Source: Ginkgo biloba
Lineage: Eukaryota; Plantae; Ginkgophyta
Direction: 5' to 3'
Length of the DNA stretch: 20,554 nt
NCBI GenBank assembly: GCA_024626585.2
Contig: JANKJI020000004.1
Location: 150,784,412 to 150,804,965 of the forward strand
The notes under the pieces were generated by a model, which was not told the origin of the DNA, searched no databases, and saw nothing but the letters and a program-made list of their open reading frames with translations. Positions 19,917-20,554 of the stretch are shown piece after piece (the first letter of the stretch is position 1; each line of letters begins with the position of its first letter). The translations under genes were made by a program, and so were the position numbers.

Positions 19917-20554
19917 ATGATGATTCTAAACTATATGATCCATGGAATCCTATTTCTTACACTCCACTAAAACTATATTAAATTCTCAACCAATTTTCAT
20001 AATTGCATTATCTACGTTACTGCATTATACTACCATCTTAATTAATAACTATATATCTTCTTGATTTATAATTCATTTTGCAATACTCGTTCTTATTATT
20101 AGATTAAGATGTGGAGGTTTAATTAGTGGAATTGGGGTGCTTAGTTATTTTACCCATAAATAGATAATAATTCAAATACAAAACTAAGTTAGAACCTTCA
20201 ATCTCCTCATAGGTTTAACTTTTACTCTCAATTTGTTAGCTTTATGAGAAAAAAATTATCTAAGTGATTAAGATTTTTAAGATGATGACTATCATTGCCC
20301 ATTATGGTAACAAAAAGTATTGATCAATATCCACTAATCCTTGACTTCCATTAAAAATTACTAGATAATTATTCAATAAAACATTAATTAAGCCTATAGG
20401 AGATATCACTAAGAAGGAGATGATCCCTATTTATTTTTATTTATTAGAAAAGTATTATTTCTTAGGTAAAATAATATATCATTCTCTTAGGTTATCTGTT
20501 ATGTACCCAATACCTAGTTCTTATATTCTTATTCTTCTACCTACATACACCTAC

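Overview
AT-rich eukaryotic intergenic DNA from a fragmented assembly (18 N-runs, seven of them exactly 100 N). It is almost entirely a nest of decayed retrotransposons. The motif dialects suggest a large-genome land plant, probably a gymnosperm or fern (inference). Manual translation shows the following. (1) A minus-strand Ty3/gypsy RT-RNase H remnant at ~6615-8075. (2) A minus-strand L1-clade LINE with an ORF1 tail and an ORF2 endonuclease + RT at ~9605-12520. (3) A plus-strand gypsy gag (~12800-13360) and an Athila-like RT (~14881-15480), probably one interrupted element. (4) A second, different gag at ~18546-18988. (5) A minus-strand gypsy integrase C-terminus at 19332-19916. (6) An unassigned K/E-rich degenerate ORF at ~2655-4433. 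All carry stops and/or frameshifts. I found no intact host gene, RNA gene or CRISPR array, and I cannot support a novel biological system. The features most worth a second look are a perfect 17-bp-arm palindrome next to a GC-rich hairpin (5534-5647), an ATGA stop/start overlap at the LINE ORF1/ORF2 junction, a possible short non-coding PBS-to-PPT LTR element (16584-17270), and an A-poor, CpG-retaining island with repeated hairpin motifs and telo-boxes (14110-14807).
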